From the IMG/VR virus record IMGVR_UViG_3300021225_000362, positions 13,966 through 77,965 of that record: a stretch of 64,000 nt of DNA. One strand, written 5' to 3'. Position numbers and translations under genes: made by a program. Source of the stretch: a virus. Below are positions 55,261 to 63,982 of this stretch, piece by piece (position 1 is the stretch's first letter; every line of letters starts with the position of its first letter). The notes below the pieces were generated by a model, which was not told the origin of the DNA, searched no databases, and was given only the letters and a program-made list of their open reading frames with translations.

Positions 55261-55267
55261 TGTTAAA

Positions 55268-55663
55268 TTAGTACCAAAGAGTCGTGTTATCCTCAATCAA
55301 TTTAGATAATTTACGGATATCCTCAACACTCATTTTATCCTTACAGAACTCCGAAATATCCTTGGTTAAGTTTTCCTTTATGTTATCAAAAACAATCTGA
55401 GAATTAATGTGGTTAAACAACCTCGGACGATACTTCTTGATTTCCTTAAATGTCGGATGACGAACTTCTGAAGGTGAACACATCCCCCACATATCTGTCC
55501 TTACATCACCGTCAGAAAAGGTTTGAATAACCACACCAATTTCTATGGGACATTTTTCATCGTCATATTCTTTCAAAAGAACATCCCCCAACTGAAACGT
55601 TTCACATGGTTCATTCTCATATTCAAACATTTTAAAACGATTGTGGTCACGTACTACGAACAT
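55268..55663 (-). CDS. Hypothetical protein
   Basis: 131 aa ORF with its own promoter cassette. Confidence 0.6.
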   Translation of the reverse strand: MFVVRDHNRFKMFEYENEPCETFQLGDVLLKEYDDEKCPIEIGVVIQTFSDGDVRTDMWGMCSPSEVRHPTFKEIKKYRPRLFNHINSQIVFDNIKENLTKDISEFCKDKMSVEDIRKLSKLIEDNTTLWY

Positions 55664-55761
55664 TTTATTTTAATTTAGATTACAAAGATAAAACGAATAT
55701 TTGATATTACCAAATTTATTTTTAATTCCTACCTGCCAAAGAACATTTAAAACAGATAAAT

Positions 55762-55789
55762 AAAAACCCCCCGTGTATGACGGGGGGTT
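55762..55789 (-). terminator. Terminator hairpin, second copy
   Basis: AACCCCCCGTGTATGACGGGGGGTT. Confidence 0.75.
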
Positions 55790-55796
55790 GTGGGAG

Positions 55797-56657
55797 TTAG
55801 ACCAAGGATACCAAGGAATCAAAGATTTCCCGTTCCCTTTTACCATAGACCCCGAAGAGTTTCTTTTCGGTGTTGTTCTCACCCTTACCGACCGTATGGG
55901 TTGTGAACTTTGTGACACCTGAGAAGAGTCCCCAAAGGTTGTCTCCCTTTTGTTTCAGTTCTCCGTTCAGGTCAAGATAGAACCGACTGATATCGTTCCT
56001 TTTCCTTGTGGAGATTTCCTCACTTGTAAGGTCAAGTTTGTCGGTAACATCGAACAGAGCTCTTGTCACCAATTCTTTTACCTTGTCATCCATCTTCACC
56101 TCACTCATCCTTTTGATACGTTGGAAGAGTTTCTTTTCGTCCTCAACAAGGACATCAAGACGATGACAGATTTCGTCAACCTTGATACCCATGTTCTCTG
56201 TGTGACGAACCTTTGAGGACACCTCACGGTAAGCCCCAAAGAATGTGTTCTGACAAGAGATGGTGATGGTTGAGTTACCGAAACCAAGGGACGTTGACCC
56301 GTCAAAAGAATTGATACCTGTGATGTACCCTTCCACCTTGTCCTTACCCAACTTCAGGTCATTGGTCTTGAGTTGAATATAGACTTTCTGTCCGTCACCG
56401 AAATACCCACCATTGTGGATGTCAAGACCCGTCTTGTGGGATACCCTTTCAAGGAGAGTGAGGAGTTCCTCATTCTGATAGGGTTGATACTTCGCCCCCA
56501 TAACGGAAAGGGGAATGTTGGAATCGGTACGGATGATAGCCGCAAATTCGGGAATCTCAATACCTGTGGACGTTTGGATAGGTTGTTTCTCAACTTTCCA
56601 ATTCAGACCTACTTTCTCAAGGATGGAGGTCACTTCGGGGGATGTCTGTTCTTTCAT
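55797..56657 (-). CDS. DUF932-family protein
   Basis: GLNWKVEKQP, RTDSNIPLSVMGAKYQPYQNEE, GGYFGDGQKVYI, NSFDGS, CQNT, VRHT, NLWGLFSGVT; ATG at 56657. Confidence 0.85.
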   Translation of the reverse strand: MKEQTSPEVTSILEKVGLNWKVEKQPIQTSTGIEIPEFAAIIRTDSNIPLSVMGAKYQPYQNEELLTLLERVSHKTGLDIHNGGYFGDGQKVYIQLKTNDLKLGKDKVEGYITGINSFDGSTSLGFGNSTITISCQNTFFGAYREVSSKVRHTENMGIKVDEICHRLDVLVEDEKKLFQRIKRMSEVKMDDKVKELVTRALFDVTDKLDLTSEEISTRKRNDISRFYLDLNGELKQKGDNLWGLFSGVTKFTTHTVGKGENNTEKKLFGVYGKREREIFDSLVSLV

Positions 56658-56739
56658 ATTTGAATCATTTAGAACACAAAGATAAAACAATTTTTTATAT
56701 CACCAAATTTTTATTCAACTTTTTTTCAGACAATTTTAA

Positions 56740-56837
56740 ATATATTCTTTGGCAGGGTTCTATCCTATGGGGATTCAAATATTCTTTGGCACGTGGGTGG
56801 GGTAAAAAAAAAGGGGGTAGTGTAGAAACACTCCCCC
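56740..56837. repeat. Two TTGGCA motif copies plus terminator hairpin
   Basis: ATATATTCTTTGGCA at 56740, AAATATTCTTTGGCA at 56777; GGGGG...CCCCC hairpin at 56813-56837. Confidence 0.85.
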
Positions 56838-57057
56838 GCACCTTTACTCTAAAACAAATTACCCTATCATTATTTCAGACAATAGTTTTCCGTCCTTTGA
56901 AAATTCTTTCCTTACAATGAATGTAAATGAAAAATCGGACTTCTCAACACGTTTAAACCTGTCTTCCGCTTCTTTCAAATCTTTTGTGTCCGTGTATTCC
57001 CCATTGAGGAATACCCCATATTGTACTTTGGTCATATTGGAATTTTTTGCAAAGATA

Positions 57058-57270
57058 TTATTTATTTGTTTTTATGAAACGAATGAATATGGAATTTTTG
57101 ATATGGTCGTAATTATATTCACGTTCAAAGTCTTTTAATGACCAAACGTTTCCTTGTTCTTGACTTATCTCAATAAATTCATCATCTGTTAAACTTCCAC
57201 CAACAAGTTTGGTTAATTCAGTCGAATCAGTCAGTTTATAACTATCAATACCATAGACACTATATTCCAT
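57058..57270 (-). CDS. Small phage protein
   Basis: DDEFIEISQEQGNVWSLKDFEREYN. Confidence 0.65.
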   Translation of the reverse strand: MEYSVYGIDSYKLTDSTELTKLVGGSLTDDEFIEISQEQGNVWSLKDFEREYNYDHIKNSIFIRFIKTNK

Positions 57271-57306
57271 AATTGTTTGTTTTTGAATTTAAAAAAAGGT
57301 GAGGGA

Positions 57307-57720
57307 TTATTCCCCCACCGTTTCGTCCTTTGTTTCCCACATAAATACGGAATTCGATTCCAAAGTGAACCCACACTCAATTTCACACACTTCGTTATCC
57401 TCTATGTATAATTTGACGTACACACCACCCCTTGATAAGAATGTTTCCCTTTCTTCAATTTTTCCGTCATTGGTTAGTTTAATACCATCAATGATTTTGA
57501 AAGCATCCTCAAACAAACCGATTGCCGTGTCTTTCAGGTCATTCACGGAAGGGGTTTTATCATTGGTTGTTACCCATGTCCAATTCAAATCCTTCATGAC
57601 CTTGCGTATTTTGTGCCAATCTACGAACAAGACACATTCGTATATCGCTTCCATACGGGTCTTCATGCGATGTTCTTGTTCAAACACATTTTTCTGTGCT
57701 TTAACTTTCTTCTTTGCCAT
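57307..57720 (-). CDS. Conserved phage hypothetical protein
   Basis: VDWHKIRKVMKDLNWTW...P...LK; promoter cassette upstream. Confidence 0.7.
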   Translation of the reverse strand: MAKKKVKAQKNVFEQEHRMKTRMEAIYECVLFVDWHKIRKVMKDLNWTWVTTNDKTPSVNDLKDTAIGLFEDAFKIIDGIKLTNDGKIEERETFLSRGGVYVKLYIEDNEVCEIECGFTLESNSVFMWETKDETVGE

Positions 57721-57774
57721 GATTTGTTTGTTTTAGAATGTAAAGGTAATATCTTTATATGAATCTGCCAAATT

Positions 57775-58056
57775 TTATTTGTCAGGTAATACGGCATAAT
57801 CATCATCCGCATCCAAATCAACTATAAATTTTTCGTTTGTGATTTCGTCACTGACATCGTAAACCATGTCAAATGCGTTCCCTTGACCATCATCTTCAAC
57901 CAACCACTTTGCCACAATCTTTGCCGCTTCCAATGGGTTCTTTGCATCCACACAATCAAACGTAATACTAACCGTAAATGATTTCTTATTGGAAGACACT
58001 TCAATGTTATCGGAGTTGTGTTTTCCATCCTCCATACCGTCAAGATAGTTTGCCAT
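57775..58056 (-). CDS. Hypothetical acidic protein
   Basis: 93 aa; promoter cassette upstream. Confidence 0.6.
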   Translation of the reverse strand: MANYLDGMEDGKHNSDNIEVSSNKKSFTVSITFDCVDAKNPLEAAKIVAKWLVEDDGQGNAFDMVYDVSDEITNEKFIVDLDADDDYAVLPDK

Positions 58057-58108
58057 TGTTATTTGTTTTAGATTGTAAAGGTAATATGTTTATGTGATAT
58101 GACCAAAT

Positions 58109-58327
58109 TTAATTTTCTTCAATTTCAAAATCAATTCCGCACTCACTCAAATTATCCTTAACAAATTCAATTATTTCAGATAATTGTTCTCCATCAATCC
58201 ATCTTTCAAATTGTATTAACATACCTTCAGAACCTAATAAAGCAAGGAGTTTATTATATTCCTCAACATCTTTTTTATCATGTGATGCCACACCTGCAAT
58301 ACCGAGATACTCTGATTTGTTTGCCAT
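58109..58327 (-). CDS. Hypothetical acidic protein
   Basis: 72 aa; promoter cassette upstream. Confidence 0.6.
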   Translation of the reverse strand: MANKSEYLGIAGVASHDKKDVEEYNKLLALLGSEGMLIQFERWIDGEQLSEIIEFVKDNLSECGIDFEIEEN

Positions 58328-58383
58328 TTTATTTGTTTTAGAATGTAAAGATAAAACGAATATTTGATATTACCAAATTTATT

Positions 58384-58641
58384 TTAGGTGGTGAAAAATA
58401 ATTCTCCGTTATTCTTGTAGGTTCTGTCAAAGTTATTTTCGACAATAGTTACAAGGGTTTTGTTTCTCAAGCCATCGGAATAGAATTTTGCATATGTATC
58501 TGATGATTCATCCAATACCTTTAAGATAGGTTCGGAATTCACTTCACGGCAACCAATAATGGGCGTATGTGTGAAAGCAATTCGGACTGCGGGATACTTG
58601 TCACCTATGATTGTTCTGTAATGTCCTTTGGGTGGGTTCAT
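58384..58641 (-). CDS. Hypothetical protein
   Basis: 85 aa ORF. Confidence 0.55.
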   Translation of the reverse strand: MNPPKGHYRTIIGDKYPAVRIAFTHTPIIGCREVNSEPILKVLDESSDTYAKFYSDGLRNKTLVTIVENNFDRTYKNNGELFFTT

Positions 58642-58642
58642 T

Positions 58643-58852
58643 TTATTTGATTAATATTTCATGAAGAAAAACTTCCGCTTCGCTTCTCCCATTGTTGTAT
58701 TGAATTGAGATAGGGGTATCTTCGTCAAAATCATCATCAATATTCACAATGTAAGATATGGTATAATCATTCCCCTTAATCGGGTCAGGGTCATTCCAAA
58801 TCAATTCAACATTATTGCTGATTGCTTCCTTCAGTTCTTGAATAGTTTTCAT
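58643..58852 (-). CDS. Hypothetical acidic protein
   Basis: WNDPDPIKGNDY...SEAEV. Confidence 0.6.
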   Translation of the reverse strand: MKTIQELKEAISNNVELIWNDPDPIKGNDYTISYIVNIDDDFDEDTPISIQYNNGRSEAEVFLHEILIK

Positions 58853-58863
58853 TTTGTTTTATT

Positions 58864-59100
58864 TTAGTTTATGACATAATCAATGTTATCAGCAATGACA
58901 TCCCAATTCACACCAACGTTGGCATCAAAGGAGTTTTCAATACTTTCCACAACTTCATTGACTTGTTCTTCGGTCAGGGTAATGTTAAATCGGGATTGTG
59001 CCGACACCTCAATATCTTCTTTGTTCCAAAATACTTTGATGAAACCTCTGTTGCAAAGTTCTTGAATGAGTTCATCGGTTTGAATTTCTTTCAGGTTCAT
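58864..59100 (-). CDS. Hypothetical acidic protein
   Basis: WNKEDI...LTEEQVNEVVESIENSFDANVGVNWDVI; promoter cassette upstream. Confidence 0.65.
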   Translation of the reverse strand: MNLKEIQTDELIQELCNRGFIKVFWNKEDIEVSAQSRFNITLTEEQVNEVVESIENSFDANVGVNWDVIADNIDYVIN

Positions 59101-59139
59101 AACTTGTTTGTTTTAGAATGTAAAGGTAATACGTTTATA

Positions 59140-59364
59140 TCAGTCCGCCAAATTTATTTTCAATTTACATTCATCAATAATCTTGTTTAACATTTCTTTA
59201 ACATTCCATGTTTTCACATCTTGAACATCACCGATACCCCAATACCTACCATCATCGGACAAACCAATTATGTAACATGAAAATTCTATCCTCCAATATG
59301 GATTATCTGTGTACCCGTTATATGTTTTCTCATTCCAACATTCACGTTTGATTGAATAACTCAT
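59140..59364 (-). CDS. Hypothetical protein
   Basis: 74 aa; promoter cassette upstream. Confidence 0.6.
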   Translation of the reverse strand: MSYSIKRECWNEKTYNGYTDNPYWRIEFSCYIIGLSDDGRYWGIGDVQDVKTWNVKEMLNKIIDECKLKINLAD

Positions 59365-59415
59365 TTTGTTTGTTTTAGAATGTAAAGGTAATACGTTTAT
59401 ATCAGTCTGCCAAAT

Positions 59416-59649
59416 TTATTTTGAATTTTTCAGAACTTCATCAATAGCAGTTCTCAAATCTTTCAACGCCTCTCGGCTCATGGTAGGTATCATCATGGTA
59501 TTGTACCCCATATCCCTTCGATGTGTTCTACTATCATCGTCAGGGTATAAACCATTGTCGGTGATTGATAACATACCGACATCACCTATTAGACTTACGT
59601 CTATGACGTGATGATTTGACACCACTTGTCTTTGTGCCAATTTTTTCAT
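59416..59649 (-). CDS. Hypothetical protein
   Basis: 77 aa, coupled to 59646..59924. Confidence 0.55.
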   Translation of the reverse strand: MKKLAQRQVVSNHHVIDVSLIGDVGMLSITDNGLYPDDDSRTHRRDMGYNTMMIPTMSREALKDLRTAIDEVLKNSK

Positions 59650-59924
59650 ACATCTTTATTTAAGAAAGTTCCATCGCATCGGCAACCGAAACCATCAACC
59701 GCAGGACATTCAGGATGATGCGGGTTGAGGATTTCATTTTTCAGACGTTGGAAATTCCTGATGTTCTTTCTTGTCACCCGTGTAACCAATGTTTCTTTCT
59801 GTGGGAACTTCGCAAATATCATTTTATCCCCATTTCTGTTTGTCATGATAAAATAGTTCAGTTCCACATCTGCGGGGATTGTGTATTGGAAACACGGAAC
59901 TTCTTTTTTCAGTACAATTTTCAT
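59646..59924 (-). CDS. Hypothetical protein with an HHPECP...CRC motif
   Basis: 92 aa ORF. Confidence 0.55.
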   Translation of the reverse strand: MKIVLKKEVPCFQYTIPADVELNYFIMTNRNGDKMIFAKFPQKETLVTRVTRKNIRNFQRLKNEILNPHHPECPAVDGFGCRCDGTFLNKDV

Positions 59925-59936
59925 TTCATTTGAATT

Positions 59937-60182
59937 TTAATATATTTCATCTGATTGTGTAATACTTAATACATATCCTGAACGGTCATCGTCATAAAAA
60001 CCATCTTCAACATACATATCCATATCTTCTTTGGGAATCCTGAATTTAGAATTCAGGATTGACTTGAATTTTTCTACCGCATTTTTAGTAACACTTTCAA
60101 TTGATTTTTCATTGACACAACAAAAACTTGTGATGTGTTGAACTGAATTGTTCTGACTTTCAATGATGTTGATGATTTTCAT
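59937..60182 (-). CDS. Hypothetical protein
   Basis: ATG at MKIINII within the track ORF. Confidence 0.55.
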   Translation of the reverse strand: MKIINIIESQNNSVQHITSFCCVNEKSIESVTKNAVEKFKSILNSKFRIPKEDMDMYVEDGFYDDDRSGYVLSITQSDEIY

Positions 60183-60183
60183 T

Positions 60184-60330
60184 TCAATTGGTTTTATTTG
60201 ATTCTTCAAATTCGTTTACCCTTTCGATAATCATATTACATACCAAATCCATTTCTTCTTTATCAATGAAATCTCCCAAAAAGGTAATGATGTCCTCTTG
60301 TAATTGTTCTTTCAGTTCTTTCGTTGTCAT
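60184..60330 (-). CDS. Small acidic protein (not in ORF track)
   Basis: MTTKELKEQLQEDIITFLGDFIDKEEMDLVCNMIIERVNEFEESNKTN*. Confidence 0.55.
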   Translation of the reverse strand: MTTKELKEQLQEDIITFLGDFIDKEEMDLVCNMIIERVNEFEESNKTN

Positions 60331-60340
60331 ACGATTTGAT

Positions 60341-60547
60341 TTAGAATATTTCGTTATTGTTTAACACTTCCATTTCTTCTGATGTGAAATCGGATGAATC
60401 AACAGACACTTCAACCCTTTTGTAACCCGTACCCTTTACTTCATCATCAATTTTTGAAATAAGGTCGGGAATGTCATTGAATGTCAATCCAATGACGGTG
60501 CTGTCTGAACCTTTCATGTTTACAATAGTAACACTTGTCGTTCTCAT
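60341..60547 (-). CDS. Hypothetical protein
   Basis: 68 aa ORF. Confidence 0.55.
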   Translation of the reverse strand: MRTTSVTIVNMKGSDSTVIGLTFNDIPDLISKIDDEVKGTGYKRVEVSVDSSDFTSEEMEVLNNNEIF

Positions 60548-60578
60548 AAATTATTTCATTTAGAATATGAAGGTAATT

Positions 60579-60764
60579 TTATCCGTTCAGTTCCTTGTCT
60601 TCACGGATGAAATCAAAATTCTCCTCAAGTTCCTCAATAGTTTTCTCCACTTCCTCTGCATCCACGTCATACCCTGATTCGTTCCTGATTGAACTCAACA
60701 TACCCTTCAGGTCAAGGTAAGCGTAAAGGATAGTTTTCTTTTGAATTTCTGTCAAGGTTTCCAT
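60579..60764 (-). CDS. Hypothetical acidic protein
   Basis: 61 aa; promoter cassette upstream. Confidence 0.6.
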   Translation of the reverse strand: METLTEIQKKTILYAYLDLKGMLSSIRNESGYDVDAEEVEKTIEELEENFDFIREDKELNG

Positions 60765-60816
60765 TGTTGTTCTGTTTAGAATATAAAGGTAAAACGAATA
60801 TTTGATATTACCAAAT

Positions 60817-60996
60817 TTAATCGAATTTTTTTACATAATTTACTTCATATTCTGTTTTATGTGTTTCGGTAAAATCAGAAAAGGATGATGCATGATTGAC
60901 ACCTTTATCCATTGCATCCTGTTCGTTTTCACCTTCAACTTCAACCATAACCTGAGCGTAAGAAATCTTTGTTACCCAAACTTGATACTTTTCCAT
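60817..60996 (-). CDS. Small acidic protein (not in ORF track)
   Basis: MEKYQVWVTKISYAQVMVEVEGENEQDAMDKG...; promoter cassette upstream. Confidence 0.6.
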   Translation of the reverse strand: MEKYQVWVTKISYAQVMVEVEGENEQDAMDKGVNHASSFSDFTETHKTEYEVNYVKKFD

Positions 60997-61068
60997 TGTT
61001 ATTTTATTTAGAAATCAAAGATAAAACAAATATTTGAAACTACCAAATTTAATTTGAATTTATTTTTC

Positions 61069-61123
61069 AAATATTCTTTGGCACGTGGGACATAAAAGAA
61101 AAAATCCCCGATGAAGGGGATTT
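61069..61123 (-). terminator. TTGGCA motif copy plus terminator hairpin
   Basis: AAATATTCTTTGGCA at 61069; AAATCCCC-loop-GGGGATTT. Confidence 0.7.
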
Positions 61124-61127
61124 CTTT

Positions 61128-61310
61128 TCAATCCAATATGACGTACTTATCAAGTTCGGGTAACAAACCAAGGGTTGAACCGTTATCCCATTTGACGTGA
61201 ATAACGTTCATATCGTCCACGTTTGTTATGGTTCCTTTGGTTTTCGGGGGAACTGCGAAGTTATCCTCCATGTAGATTAACAAAACCCTTTTACCGATGA
61301 TGTCGTTCAT
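61128..61310 (-). CDS. DUF4314-like protein
   Basis: VPPKTKGTITNVDDMNVIHVKWDNGSTLGLLPELD. Confidence 0.8.
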   Translation of the reverse strand: MNDIIGKRVLLIYMEDNFAVPPKTKGTITNVDDMNVIHVKWDNGSTLGLLPELDKYVILD

Positions 61311-61321
61311 TTTGATTTATT

Positions 61322-61627
61322 TTAGATGTACCCCAAGAAATCTGAAGGAAGAAACCCACCATTCTTTTCTTTGAATGATTCAATCAATTGTTTTGAAACA
61401 ACCTTTGATTGTTCATTACGGGGGTCTGTTCTGTACTCATCCTGACTGACGTGTTCCAACCACTTCAAACAGAGACGTGTGAAGGATTGTTGGAGTGTTC
61501 TGTGTTGAAGAGACATGGCGGAATTGAATTCATCTCTCCTTGAGAACGTGTTTACATAGTCTGTGATTGTCTCCACCAATTCTGTTGCCTGTTCTTTTGT
61601 GTCCATTTCGTTTGTTTTAGGATACAA
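61322..61627 (-). CDS. Conserved phage hypothetical protein
   Basis: HRTLQQSFTRLCLKWLE...DPRN; real start probably MDTKEQ. Confidence 0.65.
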   Translation of the reverse strand: MYPKTNEMDTKEQATELVETITDYVNTFSRRDEFNSAMSLQHRTLQQSFTRLCLKWLEHVSQDEYRTDPRNEQSKVVSKQLIESFKEKNGGFLPSDFLGYI

Positions 61628-61757
61628 AGATAAAACGGATAATTGATATTACCAAATTTATTTCAGATTTATTTTTTGGATATTCTTTGGCAGGGACATG
61701 GGGAAAACAAAAAACCCATCCTTTTGGGACGGGAATTTTGCCTAAATCAAACAAAAC

Positions 61758-62102
61758 TTATGAATTCCACCCTAACTTATATTCTTCATCTTGACGGTTG
61801 TAACTTCTTTCGTTACGATTTCTGAAACGGTCATATCCTTCTTTGATGGTATGTTTTACCGTTTGGGTAAAGTCCACCGTTTGTGAACCGTTGGTTCTGA
61901 TTTCGTTGATGATGTTGGTAATTTCTTCAATCGTTTCGGTCACATTGATAAAATCTTCAAACCTCGGAGAACTTGACTTGAAAACGATTTTTGTTGTAAA
62001 ACAATTCTCCTCCTTGTTGTAAACCTCATAAACGGTTTTGATTTCATCAAGATTTACAATTGTCTTCTTCTGATTTCCCTGATACGTTAAAACAGTTAAC
62101 AT
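61758..62102 (-). CDS. Hypothetical protein (FlbD-like short beta domain possible)
   Basis: IVNLDEIKTVYE...INVTETIEEI. Confidence 0.5.
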   Translation of the reverse strand: MLTVLTYQGNQKKTIVNLDEIKTVYEVYNKEENCFTTKIVFKSSSPRFEDFINVTETIEEITNIINEIRTNGSQTVDFTQTVKHTIKEGYDRFRNRNERSYNRQDEEYKLGWNS

Positions 62103-62149
62103 TCTTGTTTATTTTTATTTAATTAACAGATTGCAAAGGTAAAAGGTTC

Positions 62150-62443
62150 TTACTTACTTTCCAAGTTTTCTTCGATGTTTTTTATTTCTTCATTTGACAT
62201 TGAAAGATACTTCAAAGGGAAATTCAATGTGAAGGTCATCAGTTCACCCATAATCGGGTGTTCATCACAAGATTCAACCTCCACCACATTACTGTGTCTG
62301 TTGATGAATCTACGTATTACTTCACTGTCACCCATAGGGTACGAACGTCTATTGATACCATGTAACAAATAAGACACTTCATCAATACGTTCGTTCACCC
62401 TTTTCCCTGAATCCAAAAACAGTTCTATTTCTTGTTGTGTCAT
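62150..62443 (-). CDS. Hypothetical protein
   Basis: 97 aa ORF. Confidence 0.55.
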   Translation of the reverse strand: MTQQEIELFLDSGKRVNERIDEVSYLLHGINRRSYPMGDSEVIRRFINRHSNVVEVESCDEHPIMGELMTFTLNFPLKYLSMSNEEIKNIEENLESK

Positions 62444-62453
62444 ACGTTTTTAT

Positions 62454-62819
62454 TTAATCATCATCACCATCATCGTAAAAATACCCTTGGTCGGGACAAT
62501 GTTCAGGAACTTCATTTCTCCATTCCCAATTTACATCTTCAGATAAATTGGGGTGTTTTACTTTTGGATTATTTCCCCCATGATGTTCACCATCAAAAGC
62601 CATTGTGATACCTACACTTCTGTCTGAAGGACCTCCGTTCATCTCAGAAAGGAGTTCATAATAATCCTTCCCACCGAAATCACCATACCCTTCATATTCT
62701 TCTTCAATCCATCGGTTACCCTTGTCATCGGTCATACAGACCGTGAAAGGTTTCCGTGAAGAATAGGTTGAGGGAATTGAACGGTTCGTGTCCATTGTCT
62801 TCCAACTAAAGAATCCCAT
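62454..62819 (-). CDS. Conserved phage hypothetical protein
   Basis: MGFFSWKTMDTNRSI...YEGYGDFGGKDYYELL...CPDQGYFY. Confidence 0.7.
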   Translation of the reverse strand: MGFFSWKTMDTNRSIPSTYSSRKPFTVCMTDDKGNRWIEEEYEGYGDFGGKDYYELLSEMNGGPSDRSVGITMAFDGEHHGGNNPKVKHPNLSEDVNWEWRNEVPEHCPDQGYFYDDGDDD

Positions 62820-62853
62820 AGTTTGTTTGTTTTAGAATGTAAAGATAATAAAG

Positions 62854-63360
62854 TTATATCGTAACAACAAATTTATTTCTGAAATTATTTTTATATTTAT
62901 CTCCTTCCTTCACATTGTCAAGTTCAATCAATACATCCATTACTGCCATCAGACCATTAAATTGGTCTTCCATGATTTGTTCAGGTGTGTAAAAATTGTA
63001 ATCATCAAATGATATTATTGTATTTTTTTCAAAGGCATTTTCCACTTTGGCAAGTTCTCTCCATGTGTAACCCGTAAGGTTTAAGATTTTTTTTCTTAAT
63101 TGTTTTACCTTATTATTTTCTGAAATTTTTATAATTCTTTGTCCACATTGTGTTGTAAAAAACAAATCATTCCACCAATAATTATTATTGCTACAACGAA
63201 ATTTGATAGAAGAATCATCTTGTTGTGAATATACTTTTGCACCCATAGCATCAGCAACAATATTGCCAACTGCACAAGCAACACAAGTACCTTTTGCAAG
63301 GGTATCATTCATGAAGGCATTGTAAAGGGCGTTGTACGCTTTTTCAAATCTCGGTGTCAT
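62854..63360 (-). CDS. Conserved phage hypothetical protein
   Basis: RFEKAYNALYNAF...CVACAVGNIV...ELAKVENAFE...GLMAVMDVL. Confidence 0.7.
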   Translation of the reverse strand: MTPRFEKAYNALYNAFMNDTLAKGTCVACAVGNIVADAMGAKVYSQQDDSSIKFRCSNNNYWWNDLFFTTQCGQRIIKISENNKVKQLRKKILNLTGYTWRELAKVENAFEKNTIISFDDYNFYTPEQIMEDQFNGLMAVMDVLIELDNVKEGDKYKNNFRNKFVVTI

Positions 63361-63419
63361 GATTTATTTGTTTTAGAATGTAAAGATAAATTGATTATTT
63401 TGAATTACCAAATTTATTA

Positions 63420-63686
63420 TTAAGACCAAGTAAATTTTATTTCAACTTTTTCACCAAAATATTCCACACAAGGTCTTGAGGGTGATGCCCCATAATTAAT
63501 TGCAACAAAGATGTTCGTTTCCTTTTCCACAATATCCCTAACATCTCTTTGTACATCTCTGCCCAAAATTACGTACTTATATCTTTTTCCTTCTTGTGCT
63601 GCTCTTTGACACTCTGACACAACATATTTTACACTTTCGTCAATTTTTGTTTGCCTTGCGCTTTCGTTGGTGCTAATCGTAATCAT
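63420..63686 (-). CDS. Hypothetical protein
   Basis: 88 aa between two identical 52-bp promoter cassettes. Confidence 0.6.
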   Translation of the reverse strand: MITISTNESARQTKIDESVKYVVSECQRAAQEGKRYKYVILGRDVQRDVRDIVEKETNIFVAINYGASPSRPCVEYFGEKVEIKFTWS

Positions 63687-63718
63687 TTTATTTGTTTTAG
63701 AATGTAAAGATAAATTGA

Positions 63719-63982
63719 TTATTTTGAATTACCAAATTCTTCCAACACCATATCTTTGATATCATCAAGAATTTTATCCCCGATATCATCGGTATTGATT
63801 GAACTGATGATTTCAAGTTTCTTTTCAAATGTGATTTTCTCTTTGATTTCTTCAATCAAATCACCTTCCAATTCATCAATGGAAATGTCCACATCGTGAA
63901 TTGAAAGAATAAGGTCGGTGATGAAACCACGGGATTTCAATTCTTGCAAAAGTTCTTTGTCACTGAAATTTTTGAGTTCCAT
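63719..63982 (-). CDS. Hypothetical acidic protein, related to 58864..59100
   Basis: MELKNFSDKELLQELKSRGF versus MNLKEIQTDELIQELCNRGF. Confidence 0.6.
   Translation of the reverse strand: MELKNFSDKELLQELKSRGFITDLILSIHDVDISIDELEGDLIEEIKEKITFEKKLEIISSINTDDIGDKILDDIKDMVLEEFGNSK

Larger units (their letters stand above)
52975..63738 (-). promoter_or_regulatory. Dispersed family of about 17-19 near-identical Bacteroidota sigma70-type promoter/leader cassettes
   Basis: Minus-strand consensus AAATTTGG-N~17-TA(T/C)CTTT(A/G)CATTCTAAAACAAA..ATG; AAATT ends (plus strand) near 53256, 54212, 55709, 56702, 57768, 58102, 58372, 59148, 59410, 60810, 61042, 61651, 62868, 63408, 63731; matches the TTTG/-33 and TAnnTTTG/-7 consensus. 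Confidence 0.8.
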
